Part shown: positions 29,549 to 40,398 of the stretch, piece by piece
Position numbering within the stretch: position 1 is the stretch's first letter
How the letters are laid out: each line of letters starts with the position of its first letter
Assembly (NCBI GenBank): GCA_963674965.2
Contig: CAXXFL010000006.1
Location: 1,120,001-1,184,000 of the forward strand
Direction: 5' to 3'
Source: a bacterium
GTDB taxonomy: Bacteria; RBG-13-61-14; DATKZS01
DNA: 64,000 nt
Made by a program: the position numbers and the translations under genes
Notes under the pieces: generated by a model
Database searches by the model: none
Seen by the model: the letters and a program-made list of their open reading frames with translations, nothing else
What the model was told of the DNA's origin: nothing

Positions 29549-30346
29549 CTAAAGTCTGTCGGCGAAACCCGGCGCCAGTCGAGCCATGACCCTGGCGCCG
29601 GCCATGGCCGACAGGACGGCGCAAAAGACCATCGCCGCGAGGGACGTCCAGTCCGGCCACAGGCCCTCGAGCAGGACGGCCCGGTAAGACTCGACGAAAT
29701 GAGTGAAGGGGTTGAGGTAGATCAATACCCGAAAGCCGCCGGGCACGAGCTCGGCCGGATAGAAAATGGGCGTTCCGTACATCCATACCAGGAGCAGGAC
29801 CGGAAGAACGTGTATAAGGTCCCGAAGGTATACCGAGACCGAGCCGATTATCATGGAAAGACCGACGGTGAAGACCAGTTGCAAAAGCACGATGACCGGT
29901 AGAATAATCATCGAGTCCGAGGGGCCGGGCAAGGTGACGGAGGAGATAAGACCCAATACAAGCATGCCCATGAACTGGCCCAGGAGCGCGCTGACGGCGG
30001 GGAAGGTCAAAAGCACGGAAAGGGGAAACCTGGCCCGGGTGACCAGGTTCTTGTTCTCCAGGACTACCGTTCCCGCCCGGGCGAGGGCCTCCTGGAAGGC
30101 CAGCCAGGGCAGGATACCGCAAAGGATGTAAAGAGCGCTGACTCCCAGCTCCGGCCTGCCTCCGAACCGGGCCTTGAAAACCACGGCAAAGATGAAAGTG
30201 AACACCAACAGCAAAAGCAGTGGATTGACGATCGTCCAGAAAGCGCCCATCAGGCTCCCAACATACTTGGACCTGAAGTCCCGGGCCGTCATGGTCCAGA
30301 GCAGGCCCGGGTGGGCGAGCAACTCTCGATATGGGTCGCTTTGCAT
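29549..30346 (-). CDS. ABC-2 polysaccharide export permease (Wzm/RfbA-like)
   Basis: RDFRSKYVGSLMGAFW...NP, YLRD, TPIFYP and LNP motifs. Confidence 0.9.
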   Translation of the reverse strand: MQSDPYRELLAHPGLLWTMTARDFRSKYVGSLMGAFWTIVNPLLLLLVFTFIFAVVFKARFGGRPELGVSALYILCGILPWLAFQEALARAGTVVLENKNLVTRARFPLSVLLTFPAVSALLGQFMGMLVLGLISSVTLPGPSDSMIILPVIVLLQLVFTVGLSMIIGSVSVYLRDLIHVLPVLLLVWMYGTPIFYPAELVPGGFRVLIYLNPFTHFVESYRAVLLEGLWPDWTSLAAMVFCAVLSAMAGARVMARLAPGFADRL

Positions 30347-30449
30347 GGAAAGAGTTTATCACCATTACCGGCATTATTTCAAAAGGTTGGCCGGCCCGCT
30401 CCTTGTGGTAGAATCGACGGACCGGTGCAAAACGTTAAAGCCTAAAATC

Positions 30450-32912
30450 ATGGAAGACAAAAGTAAAAAGATATTGAAATCGATCGAAAGGGGGGGGGAG
30501 TTCCTGGCGGCCCGGTCCCTTCTTCGGGATTTCATCGTGCTTGCCTTCTTGACGGCCCTCTTTTTCCACCGGGCCTTTCCTGGGGATTTTATCTGGCGCG
30601 ACGCTTATCACGAGTATTACGTTCTGCGCTTGATAATTGACCGGGCTGGGGGCTTTCCCCTCTGGAACCGTCACGTATATTGCGGGTCTCCCCTGGCCGG
30701 GGCCGTGTATCCAGGATTATGGTACCCGGTAAACCTGCTCCTGTTTACTCTCAGTCCACTTCCGGTCGGTTTGTCCTGCAAGCTTTTCATCATGATCCAC
30801 TTTCTGGCCGCCGGGGCGGGGCTTTCCTTTTTGGCTCGTAAAGCCGGCGTTAACGGCTCGTCCGCCCTTGTCGCGGGTCTGGCCTATGAGTTCTCTGGCT
30901 ACCTCGTATGCCAGCATTCGTCCATTAACCTGCTTCCCTCCTTTACTTTGGTCCCGCTGGCCATGGCTTTTATGGGAAAGGCCAGGTCGGGCGACGGCCT
31001 ACGCTGGGCCGCTCTGGCCGGGGTCTCGGCCGGTCTGACCTTTTTGGGGGGCGACCCGCAGGGGTTCGCGCTGGCCCTGGGCCTCGGGGCCTTATGGGCC
31101 ATATTCGCCTCGTCGGGTCATCCCGGCGCGGACATAGGCCGCCGTTTAACCTGGGGCCGATTGGCCCAGGCCGTCGCTCTGATGACCCTGTTCGCCCTCG
31201 CCATTGCCGCGATCGAATTCATCCCCGCTCTTTCCGTTCTGGCTCAGAGCGGAAGGGGAGGGGGGTTCGATATCGACGTGGCCGGGTGCTGGTCCTTCCA
31301 TCCCCTCCGGACCATCGAGTTCTTGCTGTCTCGTCCCTTTGGAGACTCCTTGGGGCTGGACAACTACTGGGGCGCTTTCCTGGGGGAGAAGTGCTTTCCC
31401 CTTCCTCTCACCATGTCGCCCTATCTGGGGGTCTGGACCTGTTTCGCCGCGGCATTGGCGTGGAGGTATCGCGAGGGCAAAGGGGACGGCGTCCTTTATT
31501 TCTTCTCCGCCCTTTTGGCGCTGGCCCTCCTGATGGCGGCCGGCCGGCATTCTCCCGTTTACCGCCTGGTTTTCGCTTCCCTGCCCGGCATGCATCTTTT
31601 AAGGTATCCGGAAAAATACCTTTTCGTGGCCGCTATCTCCTCGTCCATGCTGGCCGGGCTGGGAACGAAAAGGCTCCTTGCCCGCCGGAACGAGGCGAGG
31701 TCTCGATTCGCGTCTTTAGGCCCGCCTTTCCTGGCCCTCGCTTTAACGGTCCTGTTTGTACTGGCGTTGAAGATATTTGAAGTCGAGCTTCTCGGGCCGC
31801 TCGGCAATCTCCTTGCCAGGGGCGCGCCCGCCGAGGTCACCCCCGAAATGGCCCTCGCCGACGTCAAGCGGGCCGTCGTCTTTTTCGGTTTCATGATGGT
31901 GTTTTGCCTGATGATTTTCAACGCCGTAAAAGGCGGGGCCTCGAGGTGGCGCGGCGCTCTCATTATGTTATTTCTTTTCGCCGATCTTTATATCGCCAAT
32001 TCACCGCTCGCTCCGGTCGCGAAAAATATCTATAAGGGAGATTCAAGGTTCGCGTCCATTATTCTAGGCGGCAAGGGAAATGAGCGGGGACGCGATGGGC
32101 GGCCCGAGACGATCAGGATGTTTCGGGACAACGGCATTGCCGATCCCGGGCGGCTGACCCTCCAGGAAGTGAGGCTTTGGGAAAGGGACACCCTTAAGCC
32201 GAACATTGCCCTGGCCTACGGGATAGAGTATTTCGGCGGCGTCAACGTGGCCCACGCCGCACGCTTCGACGACCTCATGAAGCGGGCGGTGGGCTTTTTC
32301 GACCTGCCGGCTTACAACGTGAGGTTCGCCGCGGTTTCCGAGCGGCAACCTTTAGACCTGGATTCGAACGCTCGGGTGATCGAAAGCTACAGGGGAGTAA
32401 AGCTTATCGAGTTCAAGCGATACCTGCCCAGGGCCTATTTTATTGGCCGGGCTAGGTCGGTGGAGGAGGAAGAGGAACTTTTCGCGCTGATGAGGAATTT
32501 CCAGCCCGAGCGTTTCGTAATATTGGAAACGGGTCCCGGCCTGGAGCCGGTCAAGGAGTCGGCGCCCGGAGCGGAGCCTCTTTTAAGGGACGCCGAGGTA
32601 ATTTCGCATGGCGCGAACCGGGTGGTGGTGGAGGTCGATTCTCCGTCCTCCGGCTGGCTGGTGCTTAACGACTCTTATTCTCCGGGCTGGAGCGCCCGGG
32701 TCAACGGGGCCTCGGCTCCAATCTATCGCGCGAACGGCCTGGCCCGGGCCGTTCCCGTTCCCTCCGGCGAGGTCAGGGTCGAGTTCTCCTACTTTCCTCC
32801 CGGCCTGGCGCTCGGCATGGCGATTACGTCTTTGGCGCTTATCGCGACGCTCGCCTGGTTCGGTCTGGCTGCTATAAGAAGCGGTCGCTTTTGGAAAAAG
32901 CCAAGAGCATAA
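30450..32912 (+). CDS. YfhO-family membrane protein (GT-C-like)
   Basis: PLWNRHVYCGSP, LRYPEKY and C-terminal LVLNDSYSPGWSARVNG...RAV...F.Y.P motifs; many TM helices. Confidence 0.85.
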   Translation: MEDKSKKILKSIERGGEFLAARSLLRDFIVLAFLTALFFHRAFPGDFIWRDAYHEYYVLRLIIDRAGGFPLWNRHVYCGSPLAGAVYPGLWYPVNLLLFTLSPLPVGLSCKLFIMIHFLAAGAGLSFLARKAGVNGSSALVAGLAYEFSGYLVCQHSSINLLPSFTLVPLAMAFMGKARSGDGLRWAALAGVSAGLTFLGGDPQGFALALGLGALWAIFASSGHPGADIGRRLTWGRLAQAVALMTLFALAIAAIEFIPALSVLAQSGRGGGFDIDVAGCWSFHPLRTIEFLLSRPFGDSLGLDNYWGAFLGEKCFPLPLTMSPYLGVWTCFAAALAWRYREGKGDGVLYFFSALLALALLMAAGRHSPVYRLVFASLPGMHLLRYPEKYLFVAAISSSMLAGLGTKRLLARRNEARSRFASLGPPFLALALTVLFVLALKIFEVELLGPLGNLLARGAPAEVTPEMALADVKRAVVFFGFMMVFCLMIFNAVKGGASRWRGALIMLFLFADLYIANSPLAPVAKNIYKGDSRFASIILGGKGNERGRDGRPETIRMFRDNGIADPGRLTLQEVRLWERDTLKPNIALAYGIEYFGGVNVAHAARFDDLMKRAVGFFDLPAYNVRFAAVSERQPLDLDSNARVIESYRGVKLIEFKRYLPRAYFIGRARSVEEEEELFALMRNFQPERFVILETGPGLEPVKESAPGAEPLLRDAEVISHGANRVVVEVDSPSSGWLVLNDSYSPGWSARVNGASAPIYRANGLARAVPVPSGEVRVEFSYFPPGLALGMAITSLALIATLAWFGLAAIRSGRFWKKPRA

Positions 32913-33166
32913 GATTAATTTGACAAATAAAGTACAAGAAAAATTGATATTTGCGATTATTGTCTCCATTTTACAACAGGTATGCCAGCCTATCAGTACG
33001 AACAAACTTTTATTCCTCTAAAATCAACATAATTAATATAATAAATAAAAATAATTAAAATATTCAATTTCAAACTTGACATTTAAGATTTTTGATGTAC
33101 ATTAATATTAACTGGCCGGGAAAAAGAATATCCATCCCGGCGCCTGACGGAACTGGAGAAGAAAAA

Positions 33167-33532
33167 ATGCTTGATTGGCAAGAACTTACAAGAATGACGG
33201 GCAATGAGGACATCTATATCGAGCGCGTTCGCGTTCCTTCCAAGGGTATTTCGGTGGAGGGTCAATTCGATCTTCCCCCCCTGGCCAGGCTGACCATGGA
33301 GGACCAGGTGTTCGTGGCGTCCTTTGTCAAATGCCACGGCTCGATCAAAAGGATGGAGAAGCTCTTCGATATCAGCTATCCGACGGTGAAAAACCGTCTG
33401 AACCGGATTGGTGAAAAACTGGATTTCATCGAGGTCGCTCCGGACGAGGAAGGCCCTGACGTCCTGGACCTCCTTGAAAAAGGAGAGCTTACCGCCAAAG
33501 AGGCGATAGAGCGACTGAAAAAAAGGACGTGA
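33167..33532 (+). CDS. DUF2089 family HTH protein
   Basis: GSIKRMEKLFDISYPTVKNRL; C-terminal LEKGELTAKEA. Confidence 0.85.
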   Translation: MLDWQELTRMTGNEDIYIERVRVPSKGISVEGQFDLPPLARLTMEDQVFVASFVKCHGSIKRMEKLFDISYPTVKNRLNRIGEKLDFIEVAPDEEGPDVLDLLEKGELTAKEAIERLKKRT

Positions 33533-33569
33533 TTAAAATCCATTCAACCGCAAAAAGGAGGTATTGGTC

Positions 33570-34004
33570 ATGGGTGAGGAAAGAAAAAGAATATTGGCCA
33601 TGCTTGGCGAGGGCAAGATCAGCGTGGAAGAGGCGGACGAGCTTTTGAAGGCCCTCGAGGGAGAAACTTCTTCCCCAAGCGCTGACGCTGCGGGCACTTC
33701 ATCGGTCAAGCGCCTGAAACACTTGAAGATTCAGGTGGACCCCGTAAACGGCCACGGCCGTGGCAAAAAGGACCGGGTCAACGTCAAGGTCCCCCTGGCC
33801 CTGATCCGGGCGGGCGTGAAGTTCCATACTATCCTGCCCGATGAAGCCCGGGAGAAAATCGAAACGGTCCTCAGCGAGAAGGGCGTGGGCTTTCGGCTGG
33901 AGGACTTAAACCAGAGCAACGTGGAATCTATCATCGAGGCCCTGGGTGATTTGAGCGTGGACGTGGACACGGAGGACCATCGGGTAAAGATTTTCTGCGA
34001 ATGA
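33570..34004 (+). CDS. SHOCT-like domain protein (DUF2089 partner)
   Basis: EERKRILAMLGEGKISVEEADELL and VNVKVPL motifs; AAGGAGG SD. Confidence 0.8.
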   Translation: MGEERKRILAMLGEGKISVEEADELLKALEGETSSPSADAAGTSSVKRLKHLKIQVDPVNGHGRGKKDRVNVKVPLALIRAGVKFHTILPDEAREKIETVLSEKGVGFRLEDLNQSNVESIIEALGDLSVDVDTEDHRVKIFCE

Positions 34005-34074
34005 AGTTAAGGAGGCGGCGGGGGCTGGAATATTATTAACAATTCGCGGGGGACCCGGCACGATTTCCAGCCGG

Positions 34075-35793
34075 CTAAAAGGACTCCCTCGAGAACTCTT
34101 CATCCTCGAGCACGCGCGCCTGGCCCTCGCCGCCTTGCCGTTCCTCCTCGCCATGTTCCCCGTACCTGTCTTCCATCTGGGTCTCGAGCAGGGCCATGAG
34201 CTTTCCGGCGGCCTGCTTGAGTGACTCCATGGACGTCTCGATTTTCTTGGCCCCGTTCTCGACCTCCCTGGCCTCCTGCTCGACCTCGCGCATGGACGCG
34301 ACCATCTGGTTGGTGGCCGACGACTGCTGACGCGTGATGATGCCGATCTCGGAGGAAGCCCTTCTCGAGGTGTCCACCGTGTCCAGGATGTGCTGGAAAT
34401 ACTCGCCCATGGCCATGACCGATCCCGCGCCTTCCTCGGCGGCCACCTGCTCCTGGTCGGCCAGGGAGACCATCGTGGTGGACGACTTCTGGATGGCCTC
34501 GACCATGGCCTTGATCGACTCGGTGGCCTCGAGGGTCCTTTTGGCCAGGTGCTGGACCTCCTCTGCCACCACGGTGAACCTCTTGCCGTACTCTCCCGCT
34601 CCGGCGGCCTCGATGGTGGCGTTGAGGGAAAGGAGGTTGGTCTGGTCGCTGATTTCCTCGATGATCCCGACCACGCCCCCAATCATCTGGGCCTGCCAGG
34701 CCAGGTCGAGTATCTGGGCCGTTCCCTTCTCGATCTTTTCCTTGATCAGGTTGATGCCGCCCACGGCGTCCTCCATCATATCCCGACCCTGGTTGGCCGC
34801 CTCGTAGGCCTTTTGTACCGCCTCGTTGACCGACGCGGCCGTGTCGGCTATGCGGTTGGCCGTGGAGGATATCTCCTCCGTGGTCGCCACCACCTCCTCG
34901 ACTATCACCGCCTGCTCGGTGGCCCCGGCCGACTGCTCCGTGGCCACCGCCACCAGCTGCTCGGCCGTCTCGGTGAGCATCATGATGGTCTCGGAAATAT
35001 TGTCGATCATCTCCTCGGAGCGCCTTCTCTGCTCCTTGATGCTGACCGCCATCTCGTTGAAGGCGCCGGCGAGTATGCCTATCTCGTCCTCCCTCTCGAC
35101 TCGCACCTCGACGTCGTACTCGCCCTCCCCAATTTTCCTGGCGGCCACGGCCAGCTTCAAGATGGGAGGAAGAATCTTGCGCAGGGTAAAAACCACTATG
35201 CCCGCGCCAAGAACCACCACCAAAAGGGTCATGGCGGCGCCGAGCCTTCGCGAGGTGTCTCGCTGGGCCACCAGATCATCCAGGGAGAAACCCACTCTTA
35301 TCCAGCCGCAAGTGGCCCCTCCCCCCAATACCGCCTTGACGTCCGAAACCATTTCAATGTATCTCGCGCCGCTCGGCGACATGGTATCCCTAGCCGCAAC
35401 GCCATCGTCGGGGAAAGTATCGGGCGGGGTCGGAAAGGACTCCTGGTCCTGGACCATCCGAGCGGAACGCCTGGATAACAATGACTTGCGCTCGTTGTCG
35501 TAAATCACGGCGTAACTTACGGTGGGGTCCTTGAAAAGATCGTCGAAATTCTGGCTGAGCGCCGCCGTGTCTCCGCTGCATACTCCAAATACTATGTCCT
35601 GGCTGAAACCTCCAACCAGCATGTCGCCGTGAATCTTGTAAAGCGACTTGGCCGAACGGAAATGAGACCGGCTGTAATAGCCGATGTAGAAGAACATCAG
35701 GACCCCGAAAACGGCCACAACCAGGAAAAGGGCCATCAGAATCTGATAGCCGAGTTTCCGCTTGAGCCCGTCTAGTATGCCTTGTTTTGCCAA
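34075..35793 (-). CDS. Methyl-accepting chemotaxis protein
   Basis: Two TM helices, HAMP ([13 protein letters not shown]) and [23 protein letters not shown]. Confidence 0.93.
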   Translation of the reverse strand: MAKQGILDGLKRKLGYQILMALFLVVAVFGVLMFFYIGYYSRSHFRSAKSLYKIHGDMLVGGFSQDIVFGVCSGDTAALSQNFDDLFKDPTVSYAVIYDNERKSLLSRRSARMVQDQESFPTPPDTFPDDGVAARDTMSPSGARYIEMVSDVKAVLGGGATCGWIRVGFSLDDLVAQRDTSRRLGAAMTLLVVVLGAGIVVFTLRKILPPILKLAVAARKIGEGEYDVEVRVEREDEIGILAGAFNEMAVSIKEQRRRSEEMIDNISETIMMLTETAEQLVAVATEQSAGATEQAVIVEEVVATTEEISSTANRIADTAASVNEAVQKAYEAANQGRDMMEDAVGGINLIKEKIEKGTAQILDLAWQAQMIGGVVGIIEEISDQTNLLSLNATIEAAGAGEYGKRFTVVAEEVQHLAKRTLEATESIKAMVEAIQKSSTTMVSLADQEQVAAEEGAGSVMAMGEYFQHILDTVDTSRRASSEIGIITRQQSSATNQMVASMREVEQEAREVENGAKKIETSMESLKQAAGKLMALLETQMEDRYGEHGEEERQGGEGQARVLEDEEFSRESF

Positions 35794-36450
35794 GAAACGT
35801 ACCCCGCTTGACGACGCCCCGCCGCCGTCCGCTTAACCCGTTTTAATCGCCGTTTTGAAAAACGATAAAAGGCGGTTGGAACGTCGGACGCCCGGACGCC
35901 CGGACGAAAGGTCCAAATTCGGCGTCGTTCGAATACATGAATGATAGTTAATCGCCCTTGCCAAGTCAAGAAAGGGTAAGGCGGACTTCCCCGTTTTTTC
36001 AAAACTTGGGATGCAAGGCTCGTGGCGGTCTGCAAACAAATCGCGGGCCAAGGCCCGAAGGGCTCTAATATCAGTAGCCGCAAGCGCCAGCCTACGGCTA
36101 CTCGAATTTTCCCCTACCTTCGGGGGGGGGGAGGCGACCGCGTCCGTTTCAGCGGCTTCGGCGACCGGACGCGTGAGGAGACGACGATTGATTTTCACTT
36201 CGCGCGGCGGACATCTTGCCGGATGGAAAAGAGCCAATAGTGAAACGGTTAAAATTGGGAGGAGTTCTGAGCGCGAAACATTGACATCCCTAGGCCTCTA
36301 AATTGTGTGGCCCAAAATTCTTGTTGTTTAATGGGCGCTGATTATGTATTCTTCTCTTGATGGACTCAGCGTAAAGCCTTCCACCTATGAGTCGGGGCTT
36401 TCAGCGGAATAATTTATCGTTTCATGACTTCACCGCCGGCGAGGCGCCGA

Positions 36451-39400
36451 ATGGCCGAGCACGATCAAAAGAGTAACCCCAATTCACCGGGGCGAAAGGG
36501 GACGAGCGGCTTGTCTTCCCCCTTGGGGGAAGGACCGTTTTCCTCGGCCCTGGTTATGGGCGATGAAAGGATAAGTCTCTTCGAGAAGTTTATCGAGAAC
36601 TCGGGGGAGGGCATGGGATGGGCCGACCTTGAGGGCAACATCCGCTACGCCAACGCGGCCCTTTGCCGGATGCTGGGGGAGGACGGCCCCGATTCGGCCC
36701 GGGGCAAGTCCGTGCTGGATTATTACGGGTCCGAGGACGCCGAGGTCCTCGCGAGCGAGATACTTCCCCTGGTGCTCCGCCACGGCTACTGGCAGGGAGA
36801 GTTGAGCCTCGTGTCCAGGACCGGCGAGTCCACGCCCACCAAGCACAGCCTCTTTCTTCTTCGCGACCCAAACGGAGAGCCTCACAGCTTTGCCAACGTT
36901 CTCACTGACCTTACGGAGCGTAAGCTGGCCGAGAGCGAGCTGGCCTCACGCGAGGAGCGCCTCGAGGAATTGGTGGAGGAGAGGGCAAAAAGCCTGAGGA
37001 TCGCCAACGACGAGCTTCGCCTGCAGATTGACGAGCGCGAGAAAGCGGACCGGGCGCGGATGAAGCTCGAGGAGATTCTGGACGCCACGACGGACTTCGT
37101 GGCCATGTCCACGGCCGACGGCAGGGTAACATATATTAACCGGGCGGGCAGGCGGATGCTGGGCCTTGGCGGCGAAGCCTCGGGCCGGACCTTGACCGTA
37201 GCTTCCACGCATCCCGAGTGGGCGGCCCGGACCGTGATCGAGAGGGCCCTGCCGGCGGCGGAGAAACACGGCGTCTGGAGGGGCATTACCGCCTTTCTCA
37301 ACGCCGAGGGCCATGAGATTCCCACCAGCCAGGTGATTATGGTCCATCGCGACGAGGAGGGACGGGTCGAGTTTTTCTCGACCATCGCCCGTGACCTGAC
37401 GGAGCAGAAGAGGTCGGAGGAAAAGCTTCAAAAGAGCGAGTCGACCTTGAAGAGCATCCTCCAGGCGGCTCCCATTGGCATCGGCCTGATGGAGGGCCGG
37501 ACCATGCTCTGGTCCAACGATCAGATGACGAAGTTTATCGGCTACGCCCGGGAAGAGTTCGAGGGCAAGGACACCAGGCTGTTGTATCCCGACGAGGAGG
37601 AATACCAGAGGATAGGAAAGGCCCTGTATTCGAGGATCGACGTCGATGGCGTGGGCCGGGCCGAGGGAAAGATGAGGAGGAAGGACGGGAAGATTTTCGA
37701 CGCCTCGATAAGCGTCACTCCCGTGGACCTGGGGGGCGAAGCCAAACACTTCATCGCCACGGTTATGGACATTACGGAGCGCAAGAACGCCGAGCGCCGC
37801 CTCCGTTTCAAGCGGGAGTTCGAGAAGCTGATCCTCGAGATATCCACCCGTTTCATCAACCTCAGCGTGGAGAAGATCGACGAGTGCATCGGGGAGTCCA
37901 TGGGCGATATCGGGGAGTTCCTGGGGGCCGACCGGGGCCACATGTTTTCCTTTTCCGAGGACGGCGAGGAATTCACTTTGATCTACATGTGGGACTCGGA
38001 GGGCAAGATCAAGATCGAGACTCCTTTCCTGGACATGAAAACGAAGGACCACCCCTGGTGGATAGGTAAACTTCTAAACCGCGAATACGTGGTGATATCC
38101 AGCCCGGATGACGTGCCGGAGGAGGCCGCGGCCGAGCGCGAGGTGGTGAAGGCCAGGGGAACGAGGGCGGCCGTTGACGTGCCCATTATCTACGAGGAAA
38201 AGGTCACCGGCTTTATGGGGTTTTCCTCGGTCACGGCCGATCGCAAATGGACGGGCGACGAGCTTCATCTTCTCACCATGGCGTCCCAGATTTTCGTGAA
38301 CGCCATGAAGAGGAAGGAGGCGGAGCGGGAAAAGCAGAGCATCCAGGCCCAGTTCCTGCAATCGCAGAAGATGGAGTCGATCGGACGCCTGGCTGGCGGC
38401 GTGGCCCATGACTTCAACAACCAGCTCCTGGTAATAAGGAGCGTGGCGGAGATGATTAAAAGGGCCCTGCCCGCCGAGGACCCTCTTCAGAAGAAGGTGG
38501 CCATGCTCGAGAAGGCCTCCCAACAATCGGCCAACCTGACCAAGCAGCTTCTGACTTTCAGCAGACGCCAGGTGATCGAGCCCCGGATACTCAAGCTGGG
38601 AGAGGTGCTGGAGCCGCTCGAGAAGATGCTCGACAGGCTGCTGGGAGACGACGTGAGCCTGGACATCCGGGTCGCGGACGACGAGGGATACGTCAAGGCC
38701 GACCCGACTCAGGTCGAGCAGGTGGTGGTCAACCTGGCGGTCAACGCCAAGGACGCCATGCCGGGCGGCGGCCAGATCGTGATCGAGACCATGAACGTCG
38801 AATTGAGCGGCGACTGGGCGAGGGGCCATCCCGACGCTTTTCCCGGCCCTAGGGTCATGCTGGCGGTGAGCGATAATGGAGAGGGCATCCCCCGTGAATA
38901 TTTGTCCCACATTTTCGAGCCCTTTTTCACCACCAAGGAGATGGGAAAAGGCACCGGACTTGGCCTGGCCACGGTTTACGGCATAGTGAAGCAGTTCGAG
39001 GGCGACGTGCAGGTCTACAGCGAGCCTGGCATAGGCACGACCTTCAAGATATACCTTCCCCGGGTGGACTCGGCCGGGCTCGAGCGCGACGACGCCAAGG
39101 CCGATGAGGCCCATCCTCTTGGTGGCTCGGAGACCGTCCTGGTGGTGGAGGACGAGCCCGCCGTGCGGGGAACGGTGGTGGACGTGCTCGAGATGAACGG
39201 CTACTCGGTCATTGCCGCGGAGAGCGGCGAGGAGGCCCTGCGGATATTCGGGGAGCGCCGTGGAGGTTTCGACATAATCGTCACGGACGTGGTCATGAAG
39301 GGAATGAGCGGCAAGGACCTGGCCACCAGGCTGACGGAGATAGACCCTAACCTTAAGATACTATACATGTCGGGCTATACGGACGACGTGATCGTGCATC

Positions 39401-39495
39401 ACGGCATCCTCGAGCCCGGCATCGAGTACATCCAGAAGCCCTTCCGGATAGCCTCTCTGCTGAAAAAGGTCCGGAACATATTGGACTCCGAGTAA
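36451..39495 (+). CDS. Hybrid sensor histidine kinase (PAS x3, GAF, HisKA, HATPase, REC)
   Basis: GGVAHDFNN, NLAVNAKDAM, EPFFTTK, GTGLGL, VLVVEDE and YMSGY motifs. Start uncertain. Confidence 0.95.
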   Translation: MAEHDQKSNPNSPGRKGTSGLSSPLGEGPFSSALVMGDERISLFEKFIENSGEGMGWADLEGNIRYANAALCRMLGEDGPDSARGKSVLDYYGSEDAEVLASEILPLVLRHGYWQGELSLVSRTGESTPTKHSLFLLRDPNGEPHSFANVLTDLTERKLAESELASREERLEELVEERAKSLRIANDELRLQIDEREKADRARMKLEEILDATTDFVAMSTADGRVTYINRAGRRMLGLGGEASGRTLTVASTHPEWAARTVIERALPAAEKHGVWRGITAFLNAEGHEIPTSQVIMVHRDEEGRVEFFSTIARDLTEQKRSEEKLQKSESTLKSILQAAPIGIGLMEGRTMLWSNDQMTKFIGYAREEFEGKDTRLLYPDEEEYQRIGKALYSRIDVDGVGRAEGKMRRKDGKIFDASISVTPVDLGGEAKHFIATVMDITERKNAERRLRFKREFEKLILEISTRFINLSVEKIDECIGESMGDIGEFLGADRGHMFSFSEDGEEFTLIYMWDSEGKIKIETPFLDMKTKDHPWWIGKLLNREYVVISSPDDVPEEAAAEREVVKARGTRAAVDVPIIYEEKVTGFMGFSSVTADRKWTGDELHLLTMASQIFVNAMKRKEAEREKQSIQAQFLQSQKMESIGRLAGGVAHDFNNQLLVIRSVAEMIKRALPAEDPLQKKVAMLEKASQQSANLTKQLLTFSRRQVIEPRILKLGEVLEPLEKMLDRLLGDDVSLDIRVADDEGYVKADPTQVEQVVVNLAVNAKDAMPGGGQIVIETMNVELSGDWARGHPDAFPGPRVMLAVSDNGEGIPREYLSHIFEPFFTTKEMGKGTGLGLATVYGIVKQFEGDVQVYSEPGIGTTFKIYLPRVDSAGLERDDAKADEAHPLGGSETVLVVEDEPAVRGTVVDVLEMNGYSVIAAESGEEALRIFGERRGGFDIIVTDVVMKGMSGKDLATRLTEIDPNLKILYMSGYTDDVIVHHGILEPGIEYIQKPFRIASLLKKVRNILDSE

Positions 39496-39502
39496 GCCCC
39501 TT

Positions 39503-40309
39503 TCAATCTATCCAGTCGATCTCCGGCTCGAGCGACCCAAGCCCCCATTCCCCGGCCATGCGCAGGTAGGGAACGTCCCCCGGCTTCTTGCCGGCCAGGC
39601 TCGGCTCGATCTCGCCCAGCATGGAAAGGCCGGCGGCGTCCAGGGCCGCGGCGTCCGTTCCCGCCAGCATGCATCCCAGCCTCGCGGGCCTGCCACCGTG
39701 CCTGACCTCGTTGGTCACGGTCATGGTCTCGATGGCGTCCATAATATAAAGGGCCGGCGGCGTAACCTGGAGGAGCGAGGCGATGGCCGCGTGGATGTCG
39801 CCGCGTCCGAAATGCAGCTTTCCCCGCTGTCCCCTGCCGAGCAGGCCGAAGTGGTTCTTGATGGCGCCGGTCATCATGCATATCTTGTGGGTTTTAAGGA
39901 CGGGAAGCGAGACCATGAAGTCGGCCTTTACCGCCTCGGCGCTTATGGTAAGCTCGACCCCGGAGGGGGCCTTGACCTTTCCCATGGCGCGGCCGTAAAG
40001 GTCTAGAAGGGGTAGCCCATGGCTCTGGCATACGCGGGCCAGGGCGTGGTCCCTGATAGCCTTGCCCGGCCGGATCAGGTCGGCCGCCGCCCCGTCCCCC
40101 ACCAGGAACTTCTTTCCGGCCAGAAGGTGGAGGACGGCGTCCAGCGTCTCGGGATGGGTCGTGGTCGGATAGGGCTCATGGGAGACCACGTTGGGCTTGA
40201 CCAGTATAGTCCCCTCCGGAAGGGAAGGCGCGAAACGCTCGAAAGCGGCCTTGACGAACCCGGCCCGGTCCAGGGACCTCGAGGCTATTATTTGACCCGC
40301 TTTTTCCAT
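39503..40309 (-). CDS. DUF362 domain protein
   Basis: LVKPN...TTHP and LPVLKTH...TGAIKNHFG motifs. Confidence 0.88.
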   Translation of the reverse strand: MEKAGQIIASRSLDRAGFVKAAFERFAPSLPEGTILVKPNVVSHEPYPTTTHPETLDAVLHLLAGKKFLVGDGAAADLIRPGKAIRDHALARVCQSHGLPLLDLYGRAMGKVKAPSGVELTISAEAVKADFMVSLPVLKTHKICMMTGAIKNHFGLLGRGQRGKLHFGRGDIHAAIASLLQVTPPALYIMDAIETMTVTNEVRHGGRPARLGCMLAGTDAAALDAAGLSMLGEIEPSLAGKKPGDVPYLRMAGEWGLGSLEPEIDWID

Positions 40310-40398
40310 GCATTAAGATTGTAGTGCGGGAACAAGACAATTTCATCCGGCGGCCCGACCCCGCGATGAGGAAGGGGCCGGAAAAGAGAGGACGGAAT

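Noticed and set aside
32973-32988. Sigma54-like TGGCATA-N4-TTGT on the minus strand
   Set aside because: Mismatch at the invariant -12 GC, and it points into the 3' end of a gene.
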